A DNA stretch of 28,835 nt from contig JBDIWC010000048.1 of NCBI GenBank assembly GCA_039794085.1, positions 1-28,835 of the forward strand, written 5' to 3'. The notes under the pieces are model-generated. The model was not told where the DNA came from. It did no database searches and saw only the letters and a list, made by a program, of their open reading frames with translations. The stretch comes from Gemmatimonadales bacterium. Its GTDB lineage: Bacteria; Gemmatimonadota; Gemmatimonadetes; Gemmatimonadales; GWC2-71-9. The position numbers and the translations under genes are program-made. Shown in pieces: positions 1 through 10,527 of this stretch. Position 1 is the first letter of the stretch. The number at the start of each line of letters is the position of its first letter.

Positions 1-494
1 CAGGACCGGAACCCATCCCGAAGAAAACCCATGCGCGACCCTGAGGGATCCTCTTTGGTTCCGGCTGTGCCGGCTTAGGGAATAGGGAGTAGGGAATAGT
101 CCCTTACGGACCAGATTGAACACAAAACGGCAACAATATTGTGGGCGACTCCCAACCCCCCCCGCCGACCGTTCGGGTCACGGCGATCGCATCGGCCGCG
201 CCGGGCAAGGGGAATGGCCACAAAAAGCACAGAAGTCACAAGAGGCACACCTCGGTGCGCATGGGGTCCCACCAGGGGCGAGAGAGGTTTCTGTGCCTTT
301 TGTGCTTCTTGTGGTTGGCTCTGGGGGTGGGGAGAGGTACTCGGGCAGGACCGGAACCCATCCCGAAGAAAACCCATGCGCGACCCTGAGGGATCCTCTT
401 TGGTTCCGGCTGTGCCGGCTTAGGGAATAGGGAGTAGGGAATAGTCCCTTACGGACCAGATTGAACACAAAAAAGCAGCAATATTGTGGGCGAC
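1..494 (+). repeat. 149-bp direct repeat (1-149 and 346-494), period 345 bp
   Basis: Direct comparison shows identity except 3 substitutions (cacaaaacggcaac vs cacaaaaaagcagc). The first copy may extend past the window start. Confidence 0.95.
218..314. repeat. Imperfect inverted repeat built from ~9-bp units (CACAAAAAG/CACAGAAG-like)
   Basis: 218-243 matches the reverse complement of 289-314 at 21/26 positions. Confidence 0.8.
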
Positions 495-604
495 GCCCGG
501 AAACCCTTACGGGCAGCGTGTTTGACGGCGATTGGGAAGGCATCCAACTTTGAGGGATCTCGAGTATTCGCGTCGCGGAGCGCCGTGACCCGACGATTTG
601 GTGT

Positions 605-728
605 TTCCCGGGGCTGACGCCCCTTGCTCGGCCAGGGGAGGTGGCTCACGCCACCGAGGAGCCCGGACGACCACCCGGCCGTGTGAACGGCCTCTCGCCG
701 CCGAGCCCGGGGCGAAAGCCCCGGGGAA
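605..728. repeat. REP-like inverted doublet (605-632 / 700-728) with internal palindrome GGCCGT-gtga-ACGGCC (677-692)
   Basis: Hairpin CCCGGGGC-GAAA-GCCCCGGG at 706-725. 605-632 is a near reverse complement of 700-728. Confidence 0.75.
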
Positions 729-953
729 CCCACGCGATCCCGAGGCGCCTCTTTGGTTCCGGCTCTGCCGGCTTATGGAGTAGGGAATAGAAACAATAGG
801 GTGTTGGGAAGTGGGTGAGGGGTATTGGGTATGGGGGGGCCGAGACCCGGTACCCAGACCCCAAAACCTGGTGGGGCATTGTGGTGTCCCCCTTATGTGC
901 AGGTTTCCCGGGTGGCGGCATCTCCCGTTCGGATACTCGAACCGGGAGGAACC

Positions 954-3107
954 ATGTACCGCACCCTCGTGATCCTGTCAGGCCTCGCCCTCATCCCCAG
1001 CGGCGCCCGAGCCCAGGGATGGATCGAACCCCGTCCACACCGCCCCATGCAAGGCGCCGTGGTCCGCGTGTCCTCGATGGTTCGGGCGACGGTGGACGGG
1101 CCCGTGGTGCGATTCGAGGTGGAGGAACAGTACCGGAACACCGGCGGCGGACTCGCCGAGGGGACCTATCTCTTTCCGCTGCCCGGAGAGGCGGTGTTCA
1201 CCGACTTTTCCCTCTTCCAGGGATCCCAGGAGCTCCGAGGCGAGATGCTGCCGGCGGACCAGGCCCGGGCCATCTATGAGGAAATCGTGCGACGGAAGCG
1301 TGACCCCGCCCTCCTCACCCTGGCCGGGCATGGCCTGGTGCGAGCCCAGGTGTTTCCGATCGGGCCGGGCGAGACCCGTCGCGTGATCCTCCGGTTCACC
1401 CAGATGATGCGCCGGGAAGGGGACGCCTACCGTCTCCGGTACGCCCTCGGACAGCGCGGGACTCCCGACACCGCCGTCCGCATTTCCATCACGATTCCGG
1501 AGGCCGAGCCGTGGGGCCGGCCGTACTCCCCCACTCACGCGCTTTCTCTCCGGCGCGAGCACGGCGCACTCCACATCGACGTGGCCCCCGCTCGCGGCGG
1601 GGACCTGGACCTCCTGCTCCCCCGTTTCGACGGGAACGTCGGGATGGCCCTCCTGACCCATGCTCCGTCACCTCGCGAATCCGGCCATTTCCTCCTGGTG
1701 CTGACGCCCGCCCCCTCGGATGCTGCGCCCACACCGCGGGACCTGACCCTGGTGGTGGACGTGTCCGGATCGATGGCGGGGTCCAAGCTCGACCAGGCCC
1801 GGGCCGCGCTCCTTCAGGCGATCCGCACCCTGCGCCCGGAGGATCGCTTCCGCCTCGTGTCCTTCAGTTCGGGCGTGACCGAGTTTGCCGAAGGGTGGTC
1901 TCCCACCACGCCCGCCACCCGCCGGGAGGCGGAACGCTGGGTGAACCAGCTCGAGGCCCGGGGAGGGACCAACATCTCCGGCGCCCTGGACGCCGCCCTG
2001 TCCGGGCGCTCCACGACCGGCCGGCACCCCATGGTGCTCTTCCTCACCGACGGACTCCCCTCGGTCGGGGAACGCTCCGCCGAGGCCCTGGGGGCCCAGG
2101 CCGCGGCGGCCATCGGAGCGAGACGGGTCTTCCCGATCGGTGTGGGCCATGATGTGAACACCTGGCTCCTCGATCGCCTCGCCCGGGACGGGCGCGGCAC
2201 CGTGGAATACGTCGCACCCGGAGAGAGCGTGGAGGAGGTCATGGGGCGGGTCGTCACGCGGACCAGTCGTCCCGCCTTGACCCACCTTCGGCTGGTCCGC
2301 GCTCCCGTGCCCCTGGAGGAGCTGGCGCCCGCCGAGTGGCCCGACGTGTTCGCCGGTGACGAGGTGGTGATCACGGGGCGGTACCGGGGAGCGGGCCGGG
2401 GTCCGCTGGTGATCGAGGGGAGCCGGAATGGGCGGATCGAGCGGATCACCGCAAACATTGTCTTTCCGCGGGAGACCGCATCGAACGGATTCATTCCAGT
2501 GATCTGGGCCTCGCGGCGGATCGGAGAGCTCACCCGCACCATTCGCCTGGAGGGAGAAACCGCCGCGCTCGTCGAGCAGGTCCGTACCCTGGGCCTCCGG
2601 TACGGGATTCTCACGCCCTACACCAGCTACCTGGTGCAGGAGCCGGGGCTTCTGGCCAACCGGGATCTCCCCGCCACGATGTCGGCTCCGCGCCCCGAGG
2701 ACCAATCGGGAGCCGTGGCCTTCCGGGCCGCGCGGGAGAGCCGGGACCGGACAGCCGCCAAGTCCCTCGGCGCAGCGGAGGCGGTGGCCCTCGATGCCCC
2801 GGCTGGCCGCATCCACGGAGAAGGCAGCTCGGTCCGGCGCATCGGTGGGCGGATCCTGGTCCTGCGGAACGAGATCTGGACGGACATGGCGGCCCGCGAT
2901 ACCGTCCCCGTGATCTCCGTCGAGACGTTCAGCGATGCGTGGTTTGCCCTCCTGAGTGCCCTGCCCGAACTGGCCCCGGTCCTGCAGCATGGGGACACCA
3001 TGCTCCTGGCGGGCCGGATGGTCAACCTGAGGTTTGGCGCCACCGGCACAACCCGCTGGAAGGCCGGAGAGCTGGATCGCATCATCCGGGAGTTTCGCGG
3101 CCGATGA
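954..3107 (+). CDS. Exported VIT + von Willebrand factor A domain protein (inter-alpha-trypsin inhibitor-like)
   Basis: GGAGG SD before ATG 954. Signal peptide MYRTLVILSGLALIPSGARA/Q. VIT-type motifs (EGTYLFPLP, ARAIYEEIVRRKRDPALL). MIDAS motif DVSGSM, GGTNI, FLTDG. C-terminal GILTPYTSYLV. Confidence 0.88.
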   Translation: MYRTLVILSGLALIPSGARAQGWIEPRPHRPMQGAVVRVSSMVRATVDGPVVRFEVEEQYRNTGGGLAEGTYLFPLPGEAVFTDFSLFQGSQELRGEMLPADQARAIYEEIVRRKRDPALLTLAGHGLVRAQVFPIGPGETRRVILRFTQMMRREGDAYRLRYALGQRGTPDTAVRISITIPEAEPWGRPYSPTHALSLRREHGALHIDVAPARGGDLDLLLPRFDGNVGMALLTHAPSPRESGHFLLVLTPAPSDAAPTPRDLTLVVDVSGSMAGSKLDQARAALLQAIRTLRPEDRFRLVSFSSGVTEFAEGWSPTTPATRREAERWVNQLEARGGTNISGALDAALSGRSTTGRHPMVLFLTDGLPSVGERSAEALGAQAAAAIGARRVFPIGVGHDVNTWLLDRLARDGRGTVEYVAPGESVEEVMGRVVTRTSRPALTHLRLVRAPVPLEELAPAEWPDVFAGDEVVITGRYRGAGRGPLVIEGSRNGRIERITANIVFPRETASNGFIPVIWASRRIGELTRTIRLEGETAALVEQVRTLGLRYGILTPYTSYLVQEPGLLANRDLPATMSAPRPEDQSGAVAFRAARESRDRTAAKSLGAAEAVALDAPAGRIHGEGSSVRRIGGRILVLRNEIWTDMAARDTVPVISVETFSDAWFALLSALPELAPVLQHGDTMLLAGRMVNLRFGATGTTRWKAGELDRIIREFRGR

Positions 3108-3607
3108 CAACCGCGCTGGCCAATCTCTTCGCCGAGTATCACGAGTCCCTCGTCCGGATGCTCTATCGCCGGACGGGCGACCGGGACCAGGCGGAGGATC
3201 TCGCCCAGGAGGTCTTTGCCCGGGCAGCGGTGGCACCGCCCCGGAACCCCCGCCCCTGGCTCTTCGCCGTGGCGCTCAACCTGGTGCGCGAGGAAGGGCG
3301 CCGAACCACGCGACGGGCGCGCCGTCTGGAGCTCTACCGCGCCGAGACCGATGTACCGGGACCAACGCCGGACGATGCCCTGACCCGCGAAGAGCGCGTG
3401 ACCCGGGTGCGCACCGCCCTGGCGGCGATTCCGGCCCGGGACCGTGACGCCCTTCTCCTCAAGGCGGAAGGGTTCAGCTACGACGACATCGCCACGACGC
3501 TGGGGCTCGCCCCCGGCGCGGTCGGGACCACCCTGTCCCGCGCCCGCCGACGGCTGGTCGCCGCGTATCGTGAATGCTCCACGGAGGATCAGCATGCCGC
3601 ATCTTGA
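3104..3607 (+). CDS. ECF-family RNA polymerase sigma factor
   Basis: ATGA overlap with the vWA stop. Region 2 motif DQAEDLAQEVF..PWLFAVALN. Region 4 motif EGFSYDDIATTLGLAPGAVGTTLSRARRRL. Confidence 0.92.
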   Translation: MTTALANLFAEYHESLVRMLYRRTGDRDQAEDLAQEVFARAAVAPPRNPRPWLFAVALNLVREEGRRTTRRARRLELYRAETDVPGPTPDDALTREERVTRVRTALAAIPARDRDALLLKAEGFSYDDIATTLGLAPGAVGTTLSRARRRLVAAYRECSTEDQHAAS

Positions 3608-4552
3608 CGAAGGCACCCTGCACGCATTGGTGGACGGTGAGATCCCCTCCTCCGATCTCCCCCCTCTGCAGGGGCACCTCGCCTCCTGCGCGGCGTGCCG
3701 GACCGCCCTGGAGGAGGCCCGGGCCCTGGCCGGTGAGGCGCTCGACCTGGTGGAATCTCTCCAGGTCCCGGAGGCATCGTCCCCCCGGTCCGGGGGTGTC
3801 CCGCTCCCCTCCCCGCGCGCGAGTTCCCTTCCCTGGACGCGGTTGGCGTGGGCGGCCACCGTGGTGGTGGCCGTGGGTGTGGGATACGGCGTCCGGGACA
3901 TCCTCCCCCCCCCCCCCCCCCCCCTCCCCCCGCCCCCGCCGACGCGGTGACGCAGGCGGCGCCGGATGACATCGCGGCGTTGACTCTTGCCCCCACGGAG
4001 CGACCGGAAACGGTGACGGCGCCCATCAGGAGAGAAGCGGACACGGAAGAGCAGACCCGGCCGAGCGAGCCGGGCGTCTCTCCCCCGGCGCCGGTGGCCA
4101 AGACCACGGCGATCGATTCGCCCACGACACCGGTCAGTGCCGCGCCTCGTGTGACGGGTGGCAGCACACTCGACGCCGCGGCCCCCCTGCTCCGGGACCT
4201 GCCCGCAACACCACTCCCGACTCAAGTGACCCTGCTGTCCGAATCACGTCGGGAGGCGCAGACCGGGAATCGCATCGCCATCCGGGGCCGGTCCTCGCTG
4301 TCCGCCGAGGAGGACGCCCTCACCCTGGACGAGGCGATGCGCTGGTCCGCCGGGCGGCTCCGTCTTCTCCCCGACCTGGTGCCGGCCGACCTGAGCCGCC
4401 GCGGGGACACGCTCCGCGTCACCTACCTCCTCGGAACCCGGGTGGTGGTGCTGGAAGAGATCTTCCACCCTGACACGGTGTTGTTTCGCTTCCGGACACC
4501 CGACGACTTCCCCGCCGACTCCCTGGCGGCGCTCCGGGCACGCCTCCCCTGA
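3594..4552 (+). CDS. zf-HC2 anti-sigma factor, split by a frameshift in a poly-C tract (frames 3594-3950 and ~3925-4552)
   Basis: HLDEGTLHALVDGE..HLASCAACR (HxxxCxxC), then a TM helix (LAWAATVVVAVGVGY). C20 run at 3905-3924. The downstream ORF lacks a convincing start. Adding 1 C (or removing 2) gives one 319-aa ORF. Confidence 0.8.
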
Positions 4553-4568
4553 GACGCGCCCGGCACGA

Positions 4569-5822
<1,254 letters not shown>

Positions 5823-5867
5823 GCAGGAATCCTCAGTCAGGGAAGGTGAACTGGAGACGAAAGGGCC

Positions 5868-6755
5868 TCAGGGGCGGGCGATGGGGAGCCCGACGCCGTT
5901 GCCCCACTCGGTCCAGGATCCGTCGTAGTTGCGGACCCGGGGAAAGCCGAGCAGGAAGGTGAGCACGAACCAGGTGTGGGAGGACCGCTCCCCGATCCGG
6001 CAATAGGTGATGATCGTGTCGTCCGGGCGGAGGCCGTGTTCCTCGGCATAGACTGCGCGCAGGGCCTCGCCCGGGAGGAAGGTATGGGTCCCGGGATCGA
6101 TGGCCCGGGCCCAGGGGATGTGCCGCGCACCGGGGATGTGTCCCCCCCGGAGGGCGCCTTCGTTCGGGTAGCCGGGCATGTGGAGGCGCTCCCCGGTGTA
6201 TTCCTCGAGGCTCCGCACATCAACCAACGTCCCGCTACTGCCGACATGCGCCAACACCTGGTCCCGGAAGACCCGGGCCCTTTCATCGGATCGGGGGCCC
6301 GCGGTGACCGTGCCGGTGGGCACCTCCGTGGGCCGGGTGGTCATCGGCCGACCCTCCTGAAGCCAGCGCTGGCGCCCTCCATCCATGATCCGGAGGCGGT
6401 CGAGGCCGAAGAGATGGAAGACCCAGAACGCGTAGGTGGCCCACCAGTTGCTGTGGTCACCATAGAACACGATCGTGGTCCCGTCTTCGATCCCACAGCG
6501 GCGCAGCAGTCGCTGAAACGCCTCCTGCTCGAGGTAATCGCGGACCAGGGGATGATTGAGATCCTGGACCCAGTCGATCCGGACCGCCCCGGGGATGTGC
6601 CCCGTCTCAAAGAGGAGCAGGTCCTCATTGCACTCGAGAAGTCTGACATCGGGATCCTTCCGGTGGGCATCGACCCACTCGGTACTGACCAGGACCTCGG
6701 GGTGGGCATAGCCGCGGGAGGCGAGAGGGGTGACGGGAGGAGGGGCGGATTTCAT
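5868..6755 (-). CDS. Two-domain rhodanese / thiosulfate sulfurtransferase (CysA/SseA/TtuD-like)
   Basis: [19 protein letters not shown], active-site loop YCRIGERS, C-terminal [10 protein letters not shown]. Start placed at MKSAP (6755). Confidence 0.92.
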   Translation of the reverse strand: MKSAPPPVTPLASRGYAHPEVLVSTEWVDAHRKDPDVRLLECNEDLLLFETGHIPGAVRIDWVQDLNHPLVRDYLEQEAFQRLLRRCGIEDGTTIVFYGDHSNWWATYAFWVFHLFGLDRLRIMDGGRQRWLQEGRPMTTRPTEVPTGTVTAGPRSDERARVFRDQVLAHVGSSGTLVDVRSLEEYTGERLHMPGYPNEGALRGGHIPGARHIPWARAIDPGTHTFLPGEALRAVYAEEHGLRPDDTIITYCRIGERSSHTWFVLTFLLGFPRVRNYDGSWTEWGNGVGLPIARP

Positions 6756-6807
6756 GAACGGTTCCTTCCATGGGCGGCACCGGCACAACGGCGGGGGCCG
6801 GCAGGCG

Positions 6808-7383
6808 TCAGGGTCCGAGAAGATCCTCCAGGGCACGGTCGACCACCTCCGTCACTTTCCCATTCACAATCCGGCCGAGCACATCGGCCGCCTCCTCTCC
6901 GAGGTTGTCCGGGTAGCGCCGATCCCGGGCAAAGCGAACCACCTCGCCCAGGAGCACGGCGGCCATCAGGGTGCCCTCGGCGGGGTCGATGCCCCGACCC
7001 CCGCGCTGCTCCCGGATCGCCTCCTCGTAACCGGATCCCGGCACACTGCCGGCCCAGGGGGAGTCCGTGTCGTCGTCCTCACCCCGGTCCTCGGGCATCG
7101 GGACCAGGGCAAAAAGCCGGCATTGCAGCCCGGGAGGAGCCTCGATGGCGGCCAGAGCGAGGCGGACCGGGGCATCGAAGAGCCGCTCCTCCCGCACCAG
7201 GTCCATCGCCTCCGGCTCCACCACACAGCGGGCCACCAGCCTCTCGCCGATGAAGGTGCCCATGCACAGGAGACCTTCAGGCGTCCGGTCATCGTCGATG
7301 GATCGTGGCGAGAGTGCGATGGGATCGCCGGTGGCGACAATGACCTGGTTCGGGGACGGGTCCTCCTGCGGTTCACGGGTCAT
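6808..7383 (-). CDS. Hypothetical acidic protein
   Basis: 191-aa ORF with protein-like composition, co-oriented with the downstream rhodanese. TAGATT lies 6 nt before the ATG. Confidence 0.7.
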   Translation of the reverse strand: MTREPQEDPSPNQVIVATGDPIALSPRSIDDDRTPEGLLCMGTFIGERLVARCVVEPEAMDLVREERLFDAPVRLALAAIEAPPGLQCRLFALVPMPEDRGEDDDTDSPWAGSVPGSGYEEAIREQRGGRGIDPAEGTLMAAVLLGEVVRFARDRRYPDNLGEEAADVLGRIVNGKVTEVVDRALEDLLGP

Positions 7384-7395
7384 GCATTCAATCTA
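7384..7395 (-). promoter_or_regulatory. Putative -10 element for a leaderless transcript (TAGATT-6nt-ATG)
   Basis: Minus strand reads TAGATT gaatgc ATG with no SD. Confidence 0.5.
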
Positions 7396-7497
7396 AAGGG
7401 ATCGAGGCTCATTCGTTATCCCGTCGATGGCGGGCATGCGACGGTGCCGATACACACCTTGTTCGCGACGCCCGGGGAGGCGATACTCCCGTCCCTC

Positions 7498-9108
7498 ATG
7501 TCCGTTCCCCTCGATCCATACGGTGCCACGGATCTCTCGCCCCGGCGGGCGCGCGTGACGGCGCTCCTGCTGTCTTTCCTGGCTTTCGCGGTGGTCCTGG
7601 CGGGTATCCCGTCCCCGCTCTTCGATCTCGACCGGCATGCGGTCCCCAAGGAAACCCTGGTGCATCTCGCCGCCCTGGTGGCGGGTGTCGCGGTGCTGGC
7701 TCGGCGGAACTCCCTCGGGATCACCACCGTGGAACGAATCCTCCTTGTCCTTCTGCTCTGGACCGTCGTGGGCGCGGCCGCTGCCACGAATCCCTGGATC
7801 GGCCTCCGGTCCGCCGCACTCACCGTCTCCTCGGTGACCCTGTTCCTGGTGGCGCGCCGGGTGGCACCGGCCGGCCGACGGATCCTCCTGGCGGGGGTGT
7901 TGGCCGCCCTGGTTTTCGGCGGGGGGACAGCCCTGGCCCAGGCTTACGGCTTCGACATCGGGGTGCTGGCGGAGAGCCGGGCCCCGGGCGGCACCTTCGG
8001 CAATCGAAACTTCATGGCGCACGCGCTGGTCATCGGATTCCCGGTTCTGGTGGCCGCCAGCCGGGTCGCCCTCGGTCCCGTGGCCCGGTGGGGAGCGCTG
8101 GCGGGCCTCCTGGTCTCGGGGGGGGGCATCCTTCTCAGCCGGTCCCGGGCCGCCTGGCTTGCGTTTCTCCTGGCATCCATCATCCTGGGCATCGGGTTTC
8201 CCTGGATGCGGGGGCGGCGATCCCCCGGGGAGCCCCGCCCCACCGGTACGCGCGCCGCGACCGGTGCGGTGGTGATGGGGGTCCTTCTCGCCCTGATCCT
8301 CCCCAACCAGCTGTCGTGGCGTTCGGACACGCCCTACCGGGACACCCTCGGTGCCCTCACTGATTATGGCAGCGGCTCGGGACGGGGACGCCTGATTCAG
8401 TACCGGACCTCTCTCCGGCTCGTTCCGGACGACCCTCTCCTCGGAACCGGCGCCGGCAACTGGGTGGTGCACTATCCGCGGGTCACCCGTCCGGGGGATC
8501 CCGGCTTCGCCGGAGCCGACCCGATTCCCACCAACCCGTGGCCCAGCAGCGACTGGGTGGCCTTGCTGGTGGAGCGCGGTGGGGTCGCGGTTCTCCTCCT
8601 GCTGCTGGCGGGCGCCGTCTTCCTGCGCGACACCGTGCGGGACGGTCGGCACGGGAACGGCGTGCGCGCCGTCACCACGCTCGCCGTCGTCGGAGCCACT
8701 CTCGTGGTGAGCCTCCTCGACGCGGTGTTGCAGACCGCGGTGCCTGCCCTCCTCGTTCCGCTCCTTCTCGGCGCCCTGGCGCCCGACGAGAGGACGGCGG
8801 GTCCTTCCGCGACGACTCCGGTTCGCGAACGGGCCCTGGTGACCGGTCTCCTCCTGTTCGTGTCCCTGGGGATCCTGCGCACCGGGATGGAGTGGGCCGC
8901 CATCCGGCACGCGGGAGCGGACCGGTCCACCCCGCGACTGGAACAGGCCCTGCGATTCGATCCCTGGAACTACCGGATCCGGGTGATGCTCGTGCAGCGA
9001 GGATCCTGCCAACAACGAGTGCGCCACCTCCGGGTTCTCGACAACCTCCTCCCCTGGCACCCCGTGGTGCGGGCCACCCGGGCCCGGTGTCCCGAGTCCG
9101 GCGCTTGA
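7498..9108 (+). CDS. O-antigen ligase (Wzy_C)-family integral membrane protein
   Basis: Many TM segments. GGTFGNRNFMAH, LLSRSRAAWLA and R...DDPLLGTGAGNW motifs. Confidence 0.78.
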   Translation: MSVPLDPYGATDLSPRRARVTALLLSFLAFAVVLAGIPSPLFDLDRHAVPKETLVHLAALVAGVAVLARRNSLGITTVERILLVLLLWTVVGAAAATNPWIGLRSAALTVSSVTLFLVARRVAPAGRRILLAGVLAALVFGGGTALAQAYGFDIGVLAESRAPGGTFGNRNFMAHALVIGFPVLVAASRVALGPVARWGALAGLLVSGGGILLSRSRAAWLAFLLASIILGIGFPWMRGRRSPGEPRPTGTRAATGAVVMGVLLALILPNQLSWRSDTPYRDTLGALTDYGSGSGRGRLIQYRTSLRLVPDDPLLGTGAGNWVVHYPRVTRPGDPGFAGADPIPTNPWPSSDWVALLVERGGVAVLLLLLAGAVFLRDTVRDGRHGNGVRAVTTLAVVGATLVVSLLDAVLQTAVPALLVPLLLGALAPDERTAGPSATTPVRERALVTGLLLFVSLGILRTGMEWAAIRHAGADRSTPRLEQALRFDPWNYRIRVMLVQRGSCQQRVRHLRVLDNLLPWHPVVRATRARCPESGA

Positions 9109-9135
9109 CACGTCCCCCCGGGGCGGAGTATCCCT
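9105..9135 (+). promoter_or_regulatory. Putative sigma70 promoter of the MarR gene (TTGACA-18-TATCCC), probably leaderless
   Basis: Perfect TTGACA at 9105-9110 overlapping the upstream stop. Weak -10 at 9129, 6 nt before the ATG. No SD. Confidence 0.45.
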
Positions 9136-9140
9136 CCCGC

Positions 9141-9623
9141 ATGGCAGAGACGCGCCCCCGCTCGGTCCGGGACGACATCAAGCAGACGCGGCCCTTCGAC
9201 TCGGTCGCCGAGGAGGCCACCGTGTCCCTCCTCCGCACGGCGGACGTGATGCGCCATCTGGTGGGACGGGCCGTGGAGCCCCATGGGATCACAGGACAGC
9301 AGTACAACGTTCTCCGGATTCTGCGGGGTGCCGGGGCCGACGGCCTCCCCACGTTGGAGATTGGCGAGCGCCTGGTCGAACGCACACCCGGCACCACCCG
9401 TCTGGTGGATCAGCTGGTCCGGCGGGGGCTGGTGCGGCGGATGCGGGGAGACCGGGACCGGCGCGTGGTCCGGTGCTTCATCACGCCCTCGGGACTCGCC
9501 CTCCTGGCCACTCTCGACGACCTCGTGAGTGGGGCCAACGGCTCCTCGGTCGGTGGGCTCGCTCCGGAGGACCTGCGCACCCTGATCACTCTGCTCGACC
9601 GGGTCAGGGCGCGTGCGGGGTGA
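9141..9623 (+). CDS. MarR-family transcriptional regulator
   Basis: HGITGQQYNVLRILRGA..LEIGERL..PGTTRLVDQLVRRGLVRR..DRRVV..ITPSG winged-helix pattern. Confidence 0.92.
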   Translation: MAETRPRSVRDDIKQTRPFDSVAEEATVSLLRTADVMRHLVGRAVEPHGITGQQYNVLRILRGAGADGLPTLEIGERLVERTPGTTRLVDQLVRRGLVRRMRGDRDRRVVRCFITPSGLALLATLDDLVSGANGSSVGGLAPEDLRTLITLLDRVRARAG

Positions 9624-9628
9624 GGGGG

Positions 9629-10522
9629 TCACGGAGTGTTGCTCTCGATGGGAAGATCGGGACGCCCCCCCCACTCGGCCCACGATCCATCGTACACCGA
9701 CACGTCGCCACTTCCGAGCAGTTCGAGCACCAGCGCCACGGCACAGGCCGTCACCCCCGACCCGCAGGAGGCGACCACGGGCTGCGCGGGATCGAGACCG
9801 GCGTCGCTCACGATCTTTTCCAGCAGATGGCGGGGCCACAGACGCCCGCTCCCGGGGTCGACCAGGCGGGCGTAATGGATCGACCGGCTCCCGGGAATGT
9901 GCCCGCTTCGCACCCCGGGCCGTGGTTCGGGCGCCGTCCCGGCAAACCGGTCGGGGCTTCGGGCATCGACCACCTGGGTTCGGCCATCACCCAACCCATC
10001 CCGCACCTCGCGCCAGGATCGGACGAGGCCGGGAACGCGCTCGGCCACGAAGGGCGCCGGCGGCCGGGCCGTCACGGTTCGGGTGACGCGTCCTCCCGCG
10101 TCCTTCCACCCCTGCAGGCCCCCATCGAGCACCGACACGCGAGTATGTCCCGCGGCCCGCAACATCCAGCGCACCCGGGGTGCGCTGAACAGCGTCCCCG
10201 AGGCGTCATAGACCACGATGCGATTCCCGGTGCCGACGCCGCGGGCACTCATCCGCGCGGCGAGCCGGCCGACCGAGGGCATCATGTGGGGATAGGGACT
10301 CCCCGGGTCGCTCTCCGCCTCCAGGTCGAAGAAGAGCGCCCCGGGAATGTGCCCGGTCAGGTATTCAGCGTACGCGGCGCGCCCAGTCGAGGGGAGGTAC
10401 CACGATCCATCGAGCACCACCAAGGCAGGATCATCGAGGGTGGCGCGCAGCACGTCCGGCGCCATGACGGGAGGGAAGGGCGTGACCATCGGGGTCACCT
10501 TGGGGGCATCATGCGAGACCAT
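9629..10522 (-). CDS. sseA: 3-mercaptopyruvate sulfurtransferase
   Basis: LDGSWYLP, GHIPGA, DARSPDRF.G..PEPRPG..SGHIPGS, active loop CGSGVTA, VYDGSWAEW. Start uncertain (10522 or 10489). Confidence 0.9.
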   Translation of the reverse strand: MVSHDAPKVTPMVTPFPPVMAPDVLRATLDDPALVVLDGSWYLPSTGRAAYAEYLTGHIPGALFFDLEAESDPGSPYPHMMPSVGRLAARMSARGVGTGNRIVVYDASGTLFSAPRVRWMLRAAGHTRVSVLDGGLQGWKDAGGRVTRTVTARPPAPFVAERVPGLVRSWREVRDGLGDGRTQVVDARSPDRFAGTAPEPRPGVRSGHIPGSRSIHYARLVDPGSGRLWPRHLLEKIVSDAGLDPAQPVVASCGSGVTACAVALVLELLGSGDVSVYDGSWAEWGGRPDLPIESNTP

Positions 10523-10527
10523 CCTTC

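Larger units (their letters stand above)
50..775 (+). repeat. Three direct copies of the 28-bp motif CCTCTTTGGTTCCGGCT(G/C)TGCCGGCTTA (50-77, 395-422, 748-775)
   Basis: Seen directly. Spacing is 345 and 353 bp. Each copy is followed by AGGGAAT/AGGGAGT-type heptamers and has an internal GCCGGC/CCGG dyad. Confidence 0.9.

Noticed and set aside
50..80. Integron attC site
   Set aside because: The end reads CTTAGGG rather than GTTRRRY, there is no RYYYAAC partner, and no cassette ORFs or integrase are present.
1..790. CRISPR array
   Set aside because: The period is ~350 bp with long shared flanks, far beyond CRISPR spacer size, and there are no cas genes.
75..921. Short ORFs in the repeat block (e.g. 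ending PLWFRLCRL)
   Set aside because: They are translations of repeat motifs with no SD or domain signal.
1668..4225. Long antisense ORFs (522 aa, 532 aa) and similar long shadow ORFs across the window
   Set aside because: They are Arg/Gly/Pro-rich shadows of well-supported genes, as expected at high GC.
6730..7497. N-terminal extension of the O-antigen-ligase-like ORF
   Set aside because: It overlaps an opposite-strand gene, and the membrane-protein character begins only after ATG 7498.
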